DNA of 64,000 nucleotides from a bacterium (GTDB lineage Bacteria > UBA8248): the NCBI GenBank assembly GCA_965202625.1, contig CBDBBI010000010.1:1376001-1440000 (forward strand). The letters are read 5' to 3'. Below the pieces are notes generated by a model, which was given only the letters and a program-made list of their open reading frames with translations, did not search any database and had not been told where the DNA came from. Of this stretch, positions 20,199-30,204 are shown in pieces (position 1 is the stretch's first letter; every line of letters starts with the position of its first letter). The translations under genes were made by a program, and so were the position numbers.

Positions 20199-21137
20199 TC
20201 ATGGCTTGAGCCAAGCCCTGCAATGCAGAAGATCGCCCACGCCCGCTTCCTGAAGTTGGCGCCGATAAAAATCATCCACCCCCTCAAGAACGTCTAAAAA
20301 AATCTTTCCCCGGGGGGTTTCTTTCCTGAGGAATTCGTTCGGAAAATTCAAATTCGTATGTTGGGAAGAACCAGTGTCGCCGCTTCCGGTATGCAGCCAT
20401 TTGAAATGATTCGTGAGAGAGGCCGCAAGATAGTGGGTGCACTCAAAATCATATCCGCATTCCATCAGAAGCCTGCCCAAGCTTTTCTCCGTAAAATAAT
20501 AAAGGTGATATTCACGGAAATAAAAATCCCTGTAATTCGCCACATCATAATAACTCGCAATCGGATCCAACAAGTTGGGAACGGCTATAAAAACAACGGA
20601 CTCTGGATGTATAAAGCGTTTCAAATCCTCCAAAAAATCCTTCACGCATGGAACGTGCTCAAGCACGGCGTGCATCACAACAACGTCGAATGGCAGTTCC
20701 GTCTCACAATCGATGAGGGGCTTGTCCCACACGGGAATACCGGCCGCATGTAACGTTCGAACGTGCGTGGGTGTAATCTCCACTCCCTGAACGTGCGAGA
20801 CATTTCCCTGAATCGACCGTAGAAACGATCCGCGCCCGCAACCAACGTCCAAAACGCGAGACTCCGAACACAAATAGGGCTCCACCTCTTTCTTGTAAAT
20901 TTTATAATTGTCGAACTTGGGAAGAGGTCTTTCTCTCAATTGATCGGGTGCGAAAACATAACCGTCATCCGAATACCAATCGTGGGTCGCCTGCGTTTCA
21001 TCCCAGGTTTCCAGAAAACTGAGGTCGCATGAACCGCAAAAATACAGAGCGATATTTACCTGCTGATCTATTTTTCTCCCCCGAACCGTATTGCGGATGC
21101 GCCGCCCACGGTCGGAACAGATGGGACAGAAACTCAT
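20199..21137 (-). CDS. Class I SAM-dependent methyltransferase with N-terminal CxxC pairs
   Basis: Start MSFCPIC (TAATG overlap at 21137); CGSC; VLDVGCGRG; FDVVVMHAVLEH; AVPN; HLYYF. Confidence 0.88.
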   Translation of the reverse strand: MSFCPICSDRGRRIRNTVRGRKIDQQVNIALYFCGSCDLSFLETWDETQATHDWYSDDGYVFAPDQLRERPLPKFDNYKIYKKEVEPYLCSESRVLDVGCGRGSFLRSIQGNVSHVQGVEITPTHVRTLHAAGIPVWDKPLIDCETELPFDVVVMHAVLEHVPCVKDFLEDLKRFIHPESVVFIAVPNLLDPIASYYDVANYRDFYFREYHLYYFTEKSLGRLLMECGYDFECTHYLAASLTNHFKWLHTGSGDTGSSQHTNLNFPNEFLRKETPRGKIFLDVLEGVDDFYRRQLQEAGVGDLLHCRAWLKP

Positions 21138-22513
21138 TATGCCGGAATCCCCTCGTATGATGACAGCGAACGCCATGGCGGCATAAAGCCTTGGGTCTGC
21201 ACGTCTTTCGCCATCTTCAGCAGGGAGAAGTCGTGATATCGTCGCGCGACGAGCTGCGCACCGAAAGGCAGGCCCTCGGAACTCTTGAACGTGGGCACGT
21301 TCATCGTCGGGACGCCGCAAAGCGTCCATATGAGGCAGTTGTCTTTTTTGTCCCGCCCCATGATTCCTTTCGGCGCATGACCAGAAGTGGACAAGTTCAA
21401 AATCATATCGAAATCTTCAAAAAAATCGGAAAGAATCGTTTTTAGATTTTCTTGCTGCTCTAAACCCTCCCAATATTGCTCGGAGGTAATCTTTTGGCCT
21501 TGCTCTATCATTTCCGAGAAAATATCGCTCAACTCGTCTCGATGCAACCGATATTCCTCATCAAAATAGTAAGACAGCCCTTTCTGATAGACGAGCGCAT
21601 GAATATCATGGGCGCGAGAGAACGGCTCAGGCAACTCAACCTCTCTTAATTCAACGTCTTCGCATCGGGATAGGTGGGACGCCAGCCGACAAACGGCGTC
21701 CTTCGCATACTCTTCCGCATGTTCCCAACCTGGGCCCCTGACAAACGCCACCCTGTATGGCGGCTTCACCTGGCTTGATGACCAGTCGTCAAGATTGTTT
21801 TTGACATACGGATAATTCGCTCCCCTTACTCGAGCGGATTCAAACATCAACCACAGATCATCAATAGTCCTTGCAAAAAAAGATACGTGATCCAAAGTGT
21901 CGAGGGTCTTCAGGATCCCCGTTCTGGGCACGACTCCAAAGGAGGGCTTAAAACCATACACGCCAGAATAACTCGCAGGCCGTATCGTGGAGCCTGCGGT
22001 CTGCGTGCCTAGCGAGAACGGAACCATACAAGCGGCAACAGATACGGCTGAACCGCTGGACGAAGTCCCAGGAGAATAGGCCGGGTTATACGGGTTCACC
22101 GTAGGCCCGGGATGATGAACGGCAAACTCCGCCGTGACGGTTTTGCCGAGCGTCAATCCGCCTTCCCTCTTGAGGTGAGATATTACCCGAGCGTCGTTGC
22201 CAGGGGTAAAGCCTTTCCAGATAGGACTTCCCATCCAGGTCTGAAAGTCCGCCGTGTTAATGACGTCTTTTACGCCGAAAGGCGCGCCCCAGAGAAGACC
22301 TTCGAACTCTCCCGCATTTATTTTCCGCTCTATTTCGCGCGCTTGGCGAATGGATATCTCCGGCTCAAAGTGCTGCCATGCGCAAAGAGAGGAGTCATAC
22401 CGCTCTACCTGCGCGATACAGGAAAGGAGCCATTCCACAAGGCTTAATTTTCTTTTTTTTATGAGTTCTATCGCTTCGATGGCAAAAAGCGCGTTCGCTT
22501 CCATATCGCTCAT
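21137..22513 (-). CDS. Amidase signature (GatA-like) enzyme
   Basis: GVKD, GTSSSGSA, GTQTAGSTIRPA: Ser-cisSer-Lys triad appears intact. Confidence 0.9.
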   Translation of the reverse strand: MSDMEANALFAIEAIELIKKRKLSLVEWLLSCIAQVERYDSSLCAWQHFEPEISIRQAREIERKINAGEFEGLLWGAPFGVKDVINTADFQTWMGSPIWKGFTPGNDARVISHLKREGGLTLGKTVTAEFAVHHPGPTVNPYNPAYSPGTSSSGSAVSVAACMVPFSLGTQTAGSTIRPASYSGVYGFKPSFGVVPRTGILKTLDTLDHVSFFARTIDDLWLMFESARVRGANYPYVKNNLDDWSSSQVKPPYRVAFVRGPGWEHAEEYAKDAVCRLASHLSRCEDVELREVELPEPFSRAHDIHALVYQKGLSYYFDEEYRLHRDELSDIFSEMIEQGQKITSEQYWEGLEQQENLKTILSDFFEDFDMILNLSTSGHAPKGIMGRDKKDNCLIWTLCGVPTMNVPTFKSSEGLPFGAQLVARRYHDFSLLKMAKDVQTQGFMPPWRSLSSYEGIPA

Positions 22514-22515
22514 TT

Positions 22516-23658
22516 CTATGCGGAGTCAATTATTCCCACTTGATCGGGCCGAATGACTTTGGGCAGCTCCCGCGCCTGCCCCTCTCTCTGGCTCTCAAGG
22601 AGATCCAGAAATTCTTCTTCCGTGTATCCCGTGATCTCCAAGTAATAATCAAGCGCTCCGGGACGTTTCGAGTCAACTTTCCGCGCAAGCGCAAACCCCT
22701 CTTCACGCGACATAATTCCGTTTCTCACATCTATGCTCGCCTGGTCGGTACCTCTTCCAAACCCACGTTTTACCCACTTCGAATAATCGTGCACGCCCGC
22801 CATACGGCATTCCACGCTTTTGTATCCTTTATAAGCACCCTCGACCTTATCTTCACGCCACCCATATTCTCTTTTTATGAACTCCACCTGGCGTTCTCCG
22901 TCCCAAAACAGATAATCCCCTAAGTGGATTCCCCGCATACCGAGCGTATCAAGCTCTTCTTTGGGGGGAATAAGAAAAGGAAACAGATCGCGCTCTGTCA
23001 GCCCAATATCTTCATCTACCATTTTTGATGAATCCACCTTCATCGAAACCTTCAAGTATAAGGTTTCGTCATACGGGAGAGGATCAGCGTATGTTGACTT
23101 GCTACCCAATTCAGCGGTTGACTCTCCCCAAACCATAAGGGGGATCCCATATTGCGTCGCCACTTTTAGAGGATAGGCTCCCACGCCTGCGTGACAATGC
23201 CAACAGGAATCGCCGATCGTCGTCAAAGATTTCCGGGCGATTTTGTTAATCACCCCTCGGTTCGGCGTGAACATGACATGGTCAACGTTAAACTTTTCCA
23301 AGCAATTTTGCAGATTCCACCAGCCGGTTTCTGTCCACCAATTATGGCTAAACGTGCAAGTGAGAGGTCTTAACCCATAAACTCGCGTCAGAACGTGAAG
23401 CTGAAAACAGCTATCTTTGCCCCCGCTTATAGGGACCAGGCAATCATAGTTGTCCCCTGCTTCAGCCTTCGCCTTTTCCAATATACTTTTTAACTGCGCC
23501 TCCCGTTCTATCCAATTGATGTGCATCTTCATTTCAGAACTGCGGCACGCCTTACAAATTCCAAGCGCGTCAAAATCCATTCCCTCTGAGGTCTCCGGCA
23601 TGCAGCACCGCACACAATATCGCAACTCTGAAAAAGGAGCGTTTCTCGAAGCCGGCAT
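22516..23658 (-). CDS. N-acetyl sugar amidotransferase (WbuX/WbpG/PseA family)
   Basis: CVRCCMP..GICKAC, PP-loop SGGKDS, CWHCH, WGE, KRGFGR. Confidence 0.9.
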   Translation of the reverse strand: MPASRNAPFSELRYCVRCCMPETSEGMDFDALGICKACRSSEMKMHINWIEREAQLKSILEKAKAEAGDNYDCLVPISGGKDSCFQLHVLTRVYGLRPLTCTFSHNWWTETGWWNLQNCLEKFNVDHVMFTPNRGVINKIARKSLTTIGDSCWHCHAGVGAYPLKVATQYGIPLMVWGESTAELGSKSTYADPLPYDETLYLKVSMKVDSSKMVDEDIGLTERDLFPFLIPPKEELDTLGMRGIHLGDYLFWDGERQVEFIKREYGWREDKVEGAYKGYKSVECRMAGVHDYSKWVKRGFGRGTDQASIDVRNGIMSREEGFALARKVDSKRPGALDYYLEITGYTEEEFLDLLESQREGQARELPKVIRPDQVGIIDSA

Positions 23659-23726
23659 CTGTCTATTCCCTCAAGAATAAATGTGATGTTGACGTTCTTT
23701 TTTATTTATCGGCAAACCAGGCGCCT

Positions 23727-25001
23727 TTACGAAGCCTGTGGAATCAAAGGCATGATTTGTCCTGCCTGTCGAAGCACCATGACCTTGGATTCTGGCCCCG
23801 TCGCTTCCAATGCGTTATCCACCGCCGCCTGTATGGATGCAGACCAGCCAAATCCCATCCTGTTCGCTTCCTCCTGATGGACGTGAGGAGAAACCAATAT
23901 GCCCTTCACGCGCTTCGAAATGATTCTGCCAACAGCAATCAGCGTATAGGCCAAGAGCTTTTCGCGAAACTCCCCCGCTTCAACGGCTCGATAAAGCGAA
24001 TCGGGCTCCCGAAACCCGTAGCGTTCGAAATTCGGAAATTGCGGAGAAACACCCTCACGACAATCCGAAGCCAACACGATAATCCCGTTATCCCGACACA
24101 CGACATCCGCCGCACACACGGCTTTGATGGCCTGACGAAGATCGATGTCAGACGGATAGGCTTCGACGACAACGACGTCCGCCGTTCCATCCACCGGCAC
24201 CCCGTATAATTCCAGACATCGATCACACCCTGTTTTGTGTGCGCATTCCACATCGCCTGCAACGGCATCATAGATTCTTTCATCGTCTATCATAACCGTG
24301 TTGACGATGAAACGGACGCCAGCCTGACGCGCAATGCGAACGCACGCCTTCCTCACCTTGTTGTGAAAATTCCCGAGAATTTCGCTCATCTCATAATCCA
24401 GAGCAGACCAATGCGTCGCTTCTATCGTCGCCTCTCCGCAAACGCCGGGCATGACGCTCTTCGCCCCACCAGAGAACCCCGCAGTCGCATGAGGGATGAT
24501 GCTGCCGACGGAGATGAGAAAATCCGATTTCAATACTTCCTTGTTCATCTGCACGTCGAAGCCGAGTTTACTCCGTCCTAACGAAGTCAACGCCGCAGGG
24601 TTGTCCCATTCATGGTTGAGAATTTGAAACCGAGAGGCCAGATGATGACCGAACTTGCGCTGTATCTCCTCCTCCGTCATGGCGCGATGCGTGCCCAAGC
24701 CAATCAGAATGCGAACACACGCATCCGGAACGTCGGCCTCAGCGAGTTCCTCCAGAATGAAGGGGAGGACGCGATGAAGCGGAGTGTGGCGCGTATTGTC
24801 ATCCGTAGCAATCAACACCCTCTTCGCCCCTCTGGCCATCTCTCTGAGAGGGGGAGTACCGATTGGGTTGCGAATTCGCTCCCTAAGAGCGCGCTCGTCA
24901 AGCCCTTCACCGTTCGGCGGCGAGGGTCCATACACGCCCATCAGACGCTCATCTCTCACCTCAAAGTCTTCAAACGGGCCCTTCGTGAGAGATATTTTCA
25001 T
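23727..25001 (-). CDS. larA: LarA-family nickel-pincer-dependent alpha-hydroxy-acid racemase/epimerase
   Basis: DDNTR, GLGTHR, NHEW, IPHATAGFSGGAKSVMPG, EATH, QAIKA; likely start MKISL at 25001. Confidence 0.88.
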   Translation of the reverse strand: MKISLTKGPFEDFEVRDERLMGVYGPSPPNGEGLDERALRERIRNPIGTPPLREMARGAKRVLIATDDNTRHTPLHRVLPFILEELAEADVPDACVRILIGLGTHRAMTEEEIQRKFGHHLASRFQILNHEWDNPAALTSLGRSKLGFDVQMNKEVLKSDFLISVGSIIPHATAGFSGGAKSVMPGVCGEATIEATHWSALDYEMSEILGNFHNKVRKACVRIARQAGVRFIVNTVMIDDERIYDAVAGDVECAHKTGCDRCLELYGVPVDGTADVVVVEAYPSDIDLRQAIKAVCAADVVCRDNGIIVLASDCREGVSPQFPNFERYGFREPDSLYRAVEAGEFREKLLAYTLIAVGRIISKRVKGILVSPHVHQEEANRMGFGWSASIQAAVDNALEATGPESKVMVLRQAGQIMPLIPQAS

Positions 25002-25017
25002 AACAGCGCGTCTCCGG

Positions 25018-26868
25018 CTAATCTTTCCATAATTTTGCATCCGTCGAACAGAACATGTCCACCCATTCTGAACGCCAGTTTTTACCACCCCGATAATAAC
25101 GATACGCAAATGCGCTTACCGCTTCTTGCGTCTCGCTATCCTCCCACCACGAATCCACGTCAGGCCAGACGGCGTTCAAATGTCTCGCCGCGCTCTCCGG
25201 AGATGAGTGATGCACTTTCACTTCTCTCAATTTTTCGATATCGGACTTCGCATCACGCGAAACCCTCCAAACATTTTCGTTCCAGAAAAAAATAGTGGGT
25301 ATGCCCGCCGCCATCGTGAATGCCGCAGTTGTCCCCATGTAAGGGAGAACGCAAACCCTGCATTGGGCTAACGCAGGGGACATCCGACCAGATAGGAGCC
25401 CCACCAATTTCTCGGTGAGTATTTGGACGCCAGAGCACTTTTCCTGCACGTAGCGCTGGACATATCGAAGGCCAACCGCTGTGGGATGAGGCTTGTAAAA
25501 CAAAGTGGAGCGAAGGGCATCGTTTAGGTGACGGATGAAATGCACCTCGTCCACCATATGTTGCGGGATGTCTTCGGGCAGATGATCCGTTGCCAGCAAT
25601 TTTGAATACACAATTAGGCACGAACCTATCAAAACGATGGATGAATTCCGCTTTCGACTTCGCTTTACTTTTGAAAGAAGGGGGGATGCGGCCGGCACTG
25701 CGGTTACTTGATAATCAGATTGAACCTCCCACCCCCACGATATGAATCTATCCGCCGCCTTATACTCGACAAGGTGGTACCAAGGATGCGCTTCCTTTAG
25801 GCCGTAACCTCCCCCATGCTGATTGACAACCAGACGGACAGGACGCCTCTCCAGCAGATTGGACACGTAGAATTTTGCTTGGTCGTCAGTCCCTAAAACA
25901 GGGCCACATGCGATGGTGTCCGTCCAAGGTGACGTCGCTTTTATCTTTACCAAAGCCTTTTTCTCGTTTGCTCGAAAATCATCCGTGAACGCTTTGGGCA
26001 TCGTTTCTTCAATGAGCCCATCCACAACCTGCAAGAAAATCTCGGCTTCTCTGGCGTCAATATCTTGAATGGATCCGATCTCTTCCATGATGTCGTCTTT
26101 GGAGATACTCCCATTTTTCGCTTCAGATTTTTTCTGAAATGATTTTACGGCATCCTTACATCGTCTTGCGTTTCGAAATCGCATCCGAAGAGCCATATAA
26201 AAGCTATCGAATGGATTCAAGCCCTGTACTCTGAGAAACTGCACATATCCCAGATTAGAAGCCAAAATATGGGCCCAGTGGTAAATTTCCAATTTTCTGT
26301 TCGGCTTCTTGAACTTAGCATAGTTTTCTCGTGTGAATAGATTTGCATGCTCCTCCGGTGCAGGCGCGCCATCTCGCATCACCCATCCCGCCGGCCGATA
26401 TGCGCGGAAAAAACGGCTGAAAATAAGCCGGTTCAGCGGATCCTGGAATATCAGATAATCAAAATGGGATGTCGTAACCGAGGAGAGGCTTTCATCCTGA
26501 GGCGCGAGATATACCAGATATGGGGTGTTGCTCTTTAGCTGATTGCGGATTCGCAAAAACCGCTCAAAAGAACATATGACTACCCTCAAAAGCCATCCCA
26601 TCAACAATATGCGCCAATATCGCTTGGAATAAGAACGTCGGTGCCTTTCGTTTTGCAGATGTCTCAATTTGGCGACGTAAAATTCACAAACCCTCTCCAG
26701 CTTTTGCGAGACGGGCAAAATATCCTCATGCTTGATCACTCGGCGGATTCCATGTTTTTCCCATCCCCACTGAAAAAACTGCGCATCTGAAAGGGACCAC
26801 GGACCCAGATGCTCGGCTTCATATTCGCTTGAGATGGGATCCATTCTCGTAAGGATGAGTTGCTTCAA
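25018..26868 (-). CDS. Putative transferase, LIC12162/TIGR04331-like
   Basis: LGPW, RYWRILL..WL, QHGGGYG, FISWGW, YKPHP, WW; glycan-locus context. Confidence 0.7.
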   Translation of the reverse strand: MKQLILTRMDPISSEYEAEHLGPWSLSDAQFFQWGWEKHGIRRVIKHEDILPVSQKLERVCEFYVAKLRHLQNERHRRSYSKRYWRILLMGWLLRVVICSFERFLRIRNQLKSNTPYLVYLAPQDESLSSVTTSHFDYLIFQDPLNRLIFSRFFRAYRPAGWVMRDGAPAPEEHANLFTRENYAKFKKPNRKLEIYHWAHILASNLGYVQFLRVQGLNPFDSFYMALRMRFRNARRCKDAVKSFQKKSEAKNGSISKDDIMEEIGSIQDIDAREAEIFLQVVDGLIEETMPKAFTDDFRANEKKALVKIKATSPWTDTIACGPVLGTDDQAKFYVSNLLERRPVRLVVNQHGGGYGLKEAHPWYHLVEYKAADRFISWGWEVQSDYQVTAVPAASPLLSKVKRSRKRNSSIVLIGSCLIVYSKLLATDHLPEDIPQHMVDEVHFIRHLNDALRSTLFYKPHPTAVGLRYVQRYVQEKCSGVQILTEKLVGLLSGRMSPALAQCRVCVLPYMGTTAAFTMAAGIPTIFFWNENVWRVSRDAKSDIEKLREVKVHHSSPESAARHLNAVWPDVDSWWEDSETQEAVSAFAYRYYRGGKNWRSEWVDMFCSTDAKLWKD

Positions 26869-26920
26869 TGCTTCTCTCCAAGCCTAAAGACAGGGAACAG
26901 GCGGGAGCAACCCACGCTCA

Positions 26921-28036
26921 TCAAGTGATAAAATGCGAATGATGAGACGCTCTCCCAAGCGCATCCCATGTCAATTCTTCGCCCGCTCGCATTCGGCGGG
27001 TTACTCGTCTTCCGATTACTCTATCCACTTCATATGGCGGGATGGCCCCTTGAGGAGCGGGTCTCAGAACTTCAATGTGTTCCCGCGCAATGACGGCCCC
27101 GACTTCCAAATCAGACCGAGCGCGCAAACATCTTCTTTGCAAAACCGCAGTGTCTCGCTCGTTCTCGCTTATCACCTTTTCCCTTCTTCCCAGAGCCAAT
27201 TCCAATTCCCGGGTTCTATCGACCATCTCCCGCCAGGCATCAGGCGTCATCGAAAAGATATGATCGGGACCCCTTCGATTGACGTCATCCGTAAAATGCT
27301 TCTCGACGATTCTCCCCCCCAACGCAATCGCCCCCAAAACCGTCGCATGGCCGGGCGTATGGTCAGACAAACCGAGGATCAACGAGGGATAAAGCGCCCG
27401 GAACGCGCTCAAAACGTTCAGATGTATATGCTGAAAATTCTCCATTGACCCCGTATAGTTCGTGTTGCACTGGAGAAGCGCCAACTCTTCGTTGCGCCGC
27501 AAAATACACTTGACCGCCTGTTGGACGTCTTGCAAGTCCGAGGCGCCGGTTGCGAGCATGACGGGCTTTCCCTTTTCCGAAATCTTTTGGAGCATTTCAT
27601 GCCATGTAATGTCTCCTGAGCCAATTTTATACACATCCACGTACGGCTCAAGAAAATCCACCGCCTCAAAATCATACGGAGATGAAAAAAAATCAATCCC
27701 TGCCTCATCACAGCAAATTTTAAGCGCCTCCGTCCATTCCCAGGGGAGGGAGGCGTCTTCATAAATCTCATATACCGACTTTTCCCATGCAGCCTGATGG
27801 GACAACTTGTCCGCCATGGCGTCAAACCCATGTTCACTCACAATTTCAGGGGCGCGAAAATGTTGAAACTTCGCCGCGTCGGCCCCCGCCTCCTTCGCGA
27901 GATGAACAAGCCGCTTTGCGCGCTCAAGGCTACCATCATGGTTGGCTGCGATATCGGCGATGAAATATGTCGGATGGTCGTCTCCAATCCATCGACCTCC
28001 AACACGGAAATTCGGCATATTCAGGAATCCCTCCAC
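26921..28036 (-). CDS. neuB: NeuB-type nonulosonate synthase (PseI-like)
   Basis: IADIAANHDG, AKFQH, SSPYD, KIGSGD, GLSDHT, VEKHFT, SAF domain. Confidence 0.9.
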   Translation of the reverse strand: MEGFLNMPNFRVGGRWIGDDHPTYFIADIAANHDGSLERAKRLVHLAKEAGADAAKFQHFRAPEIVSEHGFDAMADKLSHQAAWEKSVYEIYEDASLPWEWTEALKICCDEAGIDFFSSPYDFEAVDFLEPYVDVYKIGSGDITWHEMLQKISEKGKPVMLATGASDLQDVQQAVKCILRRNEELALLQCNTNYTGSMENFQHIHLNVLSAFRALYPSLILGLSDHTPGHATVLGAIALGGRIVEKHFTDDVNRRGPDHIFSMTPDAWREMVDRTRELELALGRREKVISENERDTAVLQRRCLRARSDLEVGAVIAREHIEVLRPAPQGAIPPYEVDRVIGRRVTRRMRAGEELTWDALGRASHHSHFIT

Positions 28037-29152
28037 TCACCCCAACAGACGATCGTAGGCGTCAAACAATTGCACGACGTTCTTCGTCCAGTTCGCCTGC
28101 TTTTCCACGAGCATCCTGTTTTCGAGAGACATCTTTTCTCTTTCCCGTCTTTTTTGATATGCCTGCAAAATCGTCTCGCCCAAAATTTCCGCATCTCCGG
28201 ATGGATACAACCACCCGTTCTTCCCTGGAGCCACCCATTCCCGATTCCCGTATTCATCCACGACGACAACAGGAAGACCGCAACCCATGGCTTCCAGCAG
28301 GCTCACCGACGTCCCATCGCTGAAAGTCGCGCTCACATACAAATCCGCCTCATTGAAATAATCCACCAATTGATGGTTGGGCATCTGGCCGGGTAGATGA
28401 ATATAACGCGCGAGTTCATTCTCGTCTATAAACTTCTCCACCCTGGATCTTAAACTCCCGTCGCCGAGCATGATGACCCTTATGTTCGAGCGAGATTTTT
28501 TCGCCCGCTTTATCGCCTCCAAAAAAACGAAGGGCCCGTGAATCGGCTCAAACGCTCTTGTGCTGATGACGACGAAGAAATTTTCCCAATTCAACTTTTT
28601 TCGCAATCCAATTTTTGACTTTCTGGGCGTGAACTGCTGCACGTCAATTCCCCAAGGGAAGAACACTACCTGCTCGTCTCTTAAAGGAGACAAGGATAAC
28701 ACCCGCTCTCGGACAGCATCGCAATCTCCCAAAACCATATCCGCGCGCTTCAGCGTGAATTTCGTTATCCAGCGCATCCACCGGTTTTTATCAGGAAAAA
28801 CCAAAACGTCTGAACCCCATGACACGACGAGCAAGGGCGTTGACTTGCAAATGGAGGCTACAAAGGCGCCCGTCTGCACGGGGCCCGCATGAATAAGGTC
28901 TGGCTTGCTTTCTCGAACACGTTCCCGAAATCGAAAAATCAGCCTTGCCCACTCAAAAATGCCTGGGGCGTCTTTATTTTTTAGCAAGGGTGGAAGTTTG
29001 TTGATCTTCTCAGGGAAAGGGCGAGATTCATACTGGAAGGAACTGTCAGCAAACGGCAAGAACCAAACGTCGCGCCCTGATTTCGCCAACGCCTCCAAAA
29101 ACCTTCTGTCGTGCGTCGAATATCCCTGTGATATGTAGAGGATTCTACTCAT
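28037..29152 (-). CDS. GT4 family glycosyltransferase
   Basis: SWGSD, ISTR, SDGTSVSLLEAMGCG. Confidence 0.9.
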   Translation of the reverse strand: MSRILYISQGYSTHDRRFLEALAKSGRDVWFLPFADSSFQYESRPFPEKINKLPPLLKNKDAPGIFEWARLIFRFRERVRESKPDLIHAGPVQTGAFVASICKSTPLLVVSWGSDVLVFPDKNRWMRWITKFTLKRADMVLGDCDAVRERVLSLSPLRDEQVVFFPWGIDVQQFTPRKSKIGLRKKLNWENFFVVISTRAFEPIHGPFVFLEAIKRAKKSRSNIRVIMLGDGSLRSRVEKFIDENELARYIHLPGQMPNHQLVDYFNEADLYVSATFSDGTSVSLLEAMGCGLPVVVVDEYGNREWVAPGKNGWLYPSGDAEILGETILQAYQKRREREKMSLENRMLVEKQANWTKNVVQLFDAYDRLLG

Positions 29153-30092
29153 TACAATAAGCCATCAACCAACCCGGCAAATGCCCTTTTAAGGATTCCA
29201 CAAACCCCGTTCGCAAAGAATCGTGAAATTTTCTCACCCCATCCTCTATCGTTGGCATGGAGTGTCCAAGTAAATTCGATATTTTCTCAACGCGCAAAGT
29301 GGTGTTTTGGGGCCGTTTCGCAGCAAATGGAAACGCCACCACCGACGTCGGCGCAATGGACGTTGCATCCAGAACGAAAATATCCGCCAGCAGAACAGAA
29401 AACGCATGTTTCGAGCAGGCGTCAGAAGCACCCGCATGATATACGCCCTTCGCTCTTATATTCACCAACTCCAGAATGATCTGGGCCAAATCGCCCGCAT
29501 ACAGGGGCGCAAAATACACGTCCGTGAACATCCCCAGCGTTTCTTTTTGCAGCAACCCGCGCAATATCCACTCTCCCAAACTCAATTTATCCTGAAAATT
29601 CCACCCGTATAGATTCGTTCTCAAGATCAAACTGTGCGGACAAACCGCGCGCACCACTTCCTCTCCCATGAGTTTCGATCGCGCGTATGCGTTCAGAGGC
29701 CCCGGTGCATCCTCCTCTGAATACCGCCCCCGCGCGCCATCAAAAACCGAGTCGGTCGATACGTAAAGAAGAAACGACTTGTTGGCGTGAGCCCATTCCG
29801 CGAGGTTCGACGACGCGAGAACATTTTGCCTCTCAGCCAATTCCGGGTCTTTCTCGCACGCATCCACATTGGTCATCGCCGCGGCGTGAACGATGATGTC
29901 GGGCGCGATCTGGTTCAAACACCGATGGGCGGGGCCCTTTTCGGACAGATCGCATCGTATCCATTTCAAACGGGAAGAGCGGATAGGGACGGAACGCGAG
30001 ACGCCAAATACGCTATATTGTTTTTTCGTCGCACAAAAAATCAGATTGCTGCCCAACAGCCCACTCGCGCCTGTGACAAGCAGCTTAGAAAT
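29145..30092 (-). CDS. RmlD-like dTDP-4-dehydrorhamnose reductase family SDR; probable ATT start
   Basis: In-frame KLLVTGASGLLG lies upstream of the ORF-track start; HAAAMTNVD, STDSVFDG, YARSK. Confidence 0.85.
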   Translation of the reverse strand: MSKLLVTGASGLLGSNLIFCATKKQYSVFGVSRSVPIRSSRLKWIRCDLSEKGPAHRCLNQIAPDIIVHAAAMTNVDACEKDPELAERQNVLASSNLAEWAHANKSFLLYVSTDSVFDGARGRYSEEDAPGPLNAYARSKLMGEEVVRAVCPHSLILRTNLYGWNFQDKLSLGEWILRGLLQKETLGMFTDVYFAPLYAGDLAQIILELVNIRAKGVYHAGASDACSKHAFSVLLADIFVLDATSIAPTSVVAFPFAAKRPQNTTLRVEKISNLLGHSMPTIEDGVRKFHDSLRTGFVESLKGHLPGWLMAYCNE

Positions 30093-30204
30093 TTGGAATC
30101 ACCCCCCAAGGCTCGGACATCATTACCCGGCCCGACGCGAAATTTATATTTCCCTTTCCCAGCCATATCGCGACAAGCGACAAGAAAGGAAATTCAGCCA
30201 TCGC

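Noticed and set aside
21137-22513. Amidase as the genuine gatA partner of gatC
   Set aside because: It has the generic GKTVTAEFA/TQTAGS pattern rather than GatA GKTNMDEF/SDTGGS, and is coupled to glycan genes
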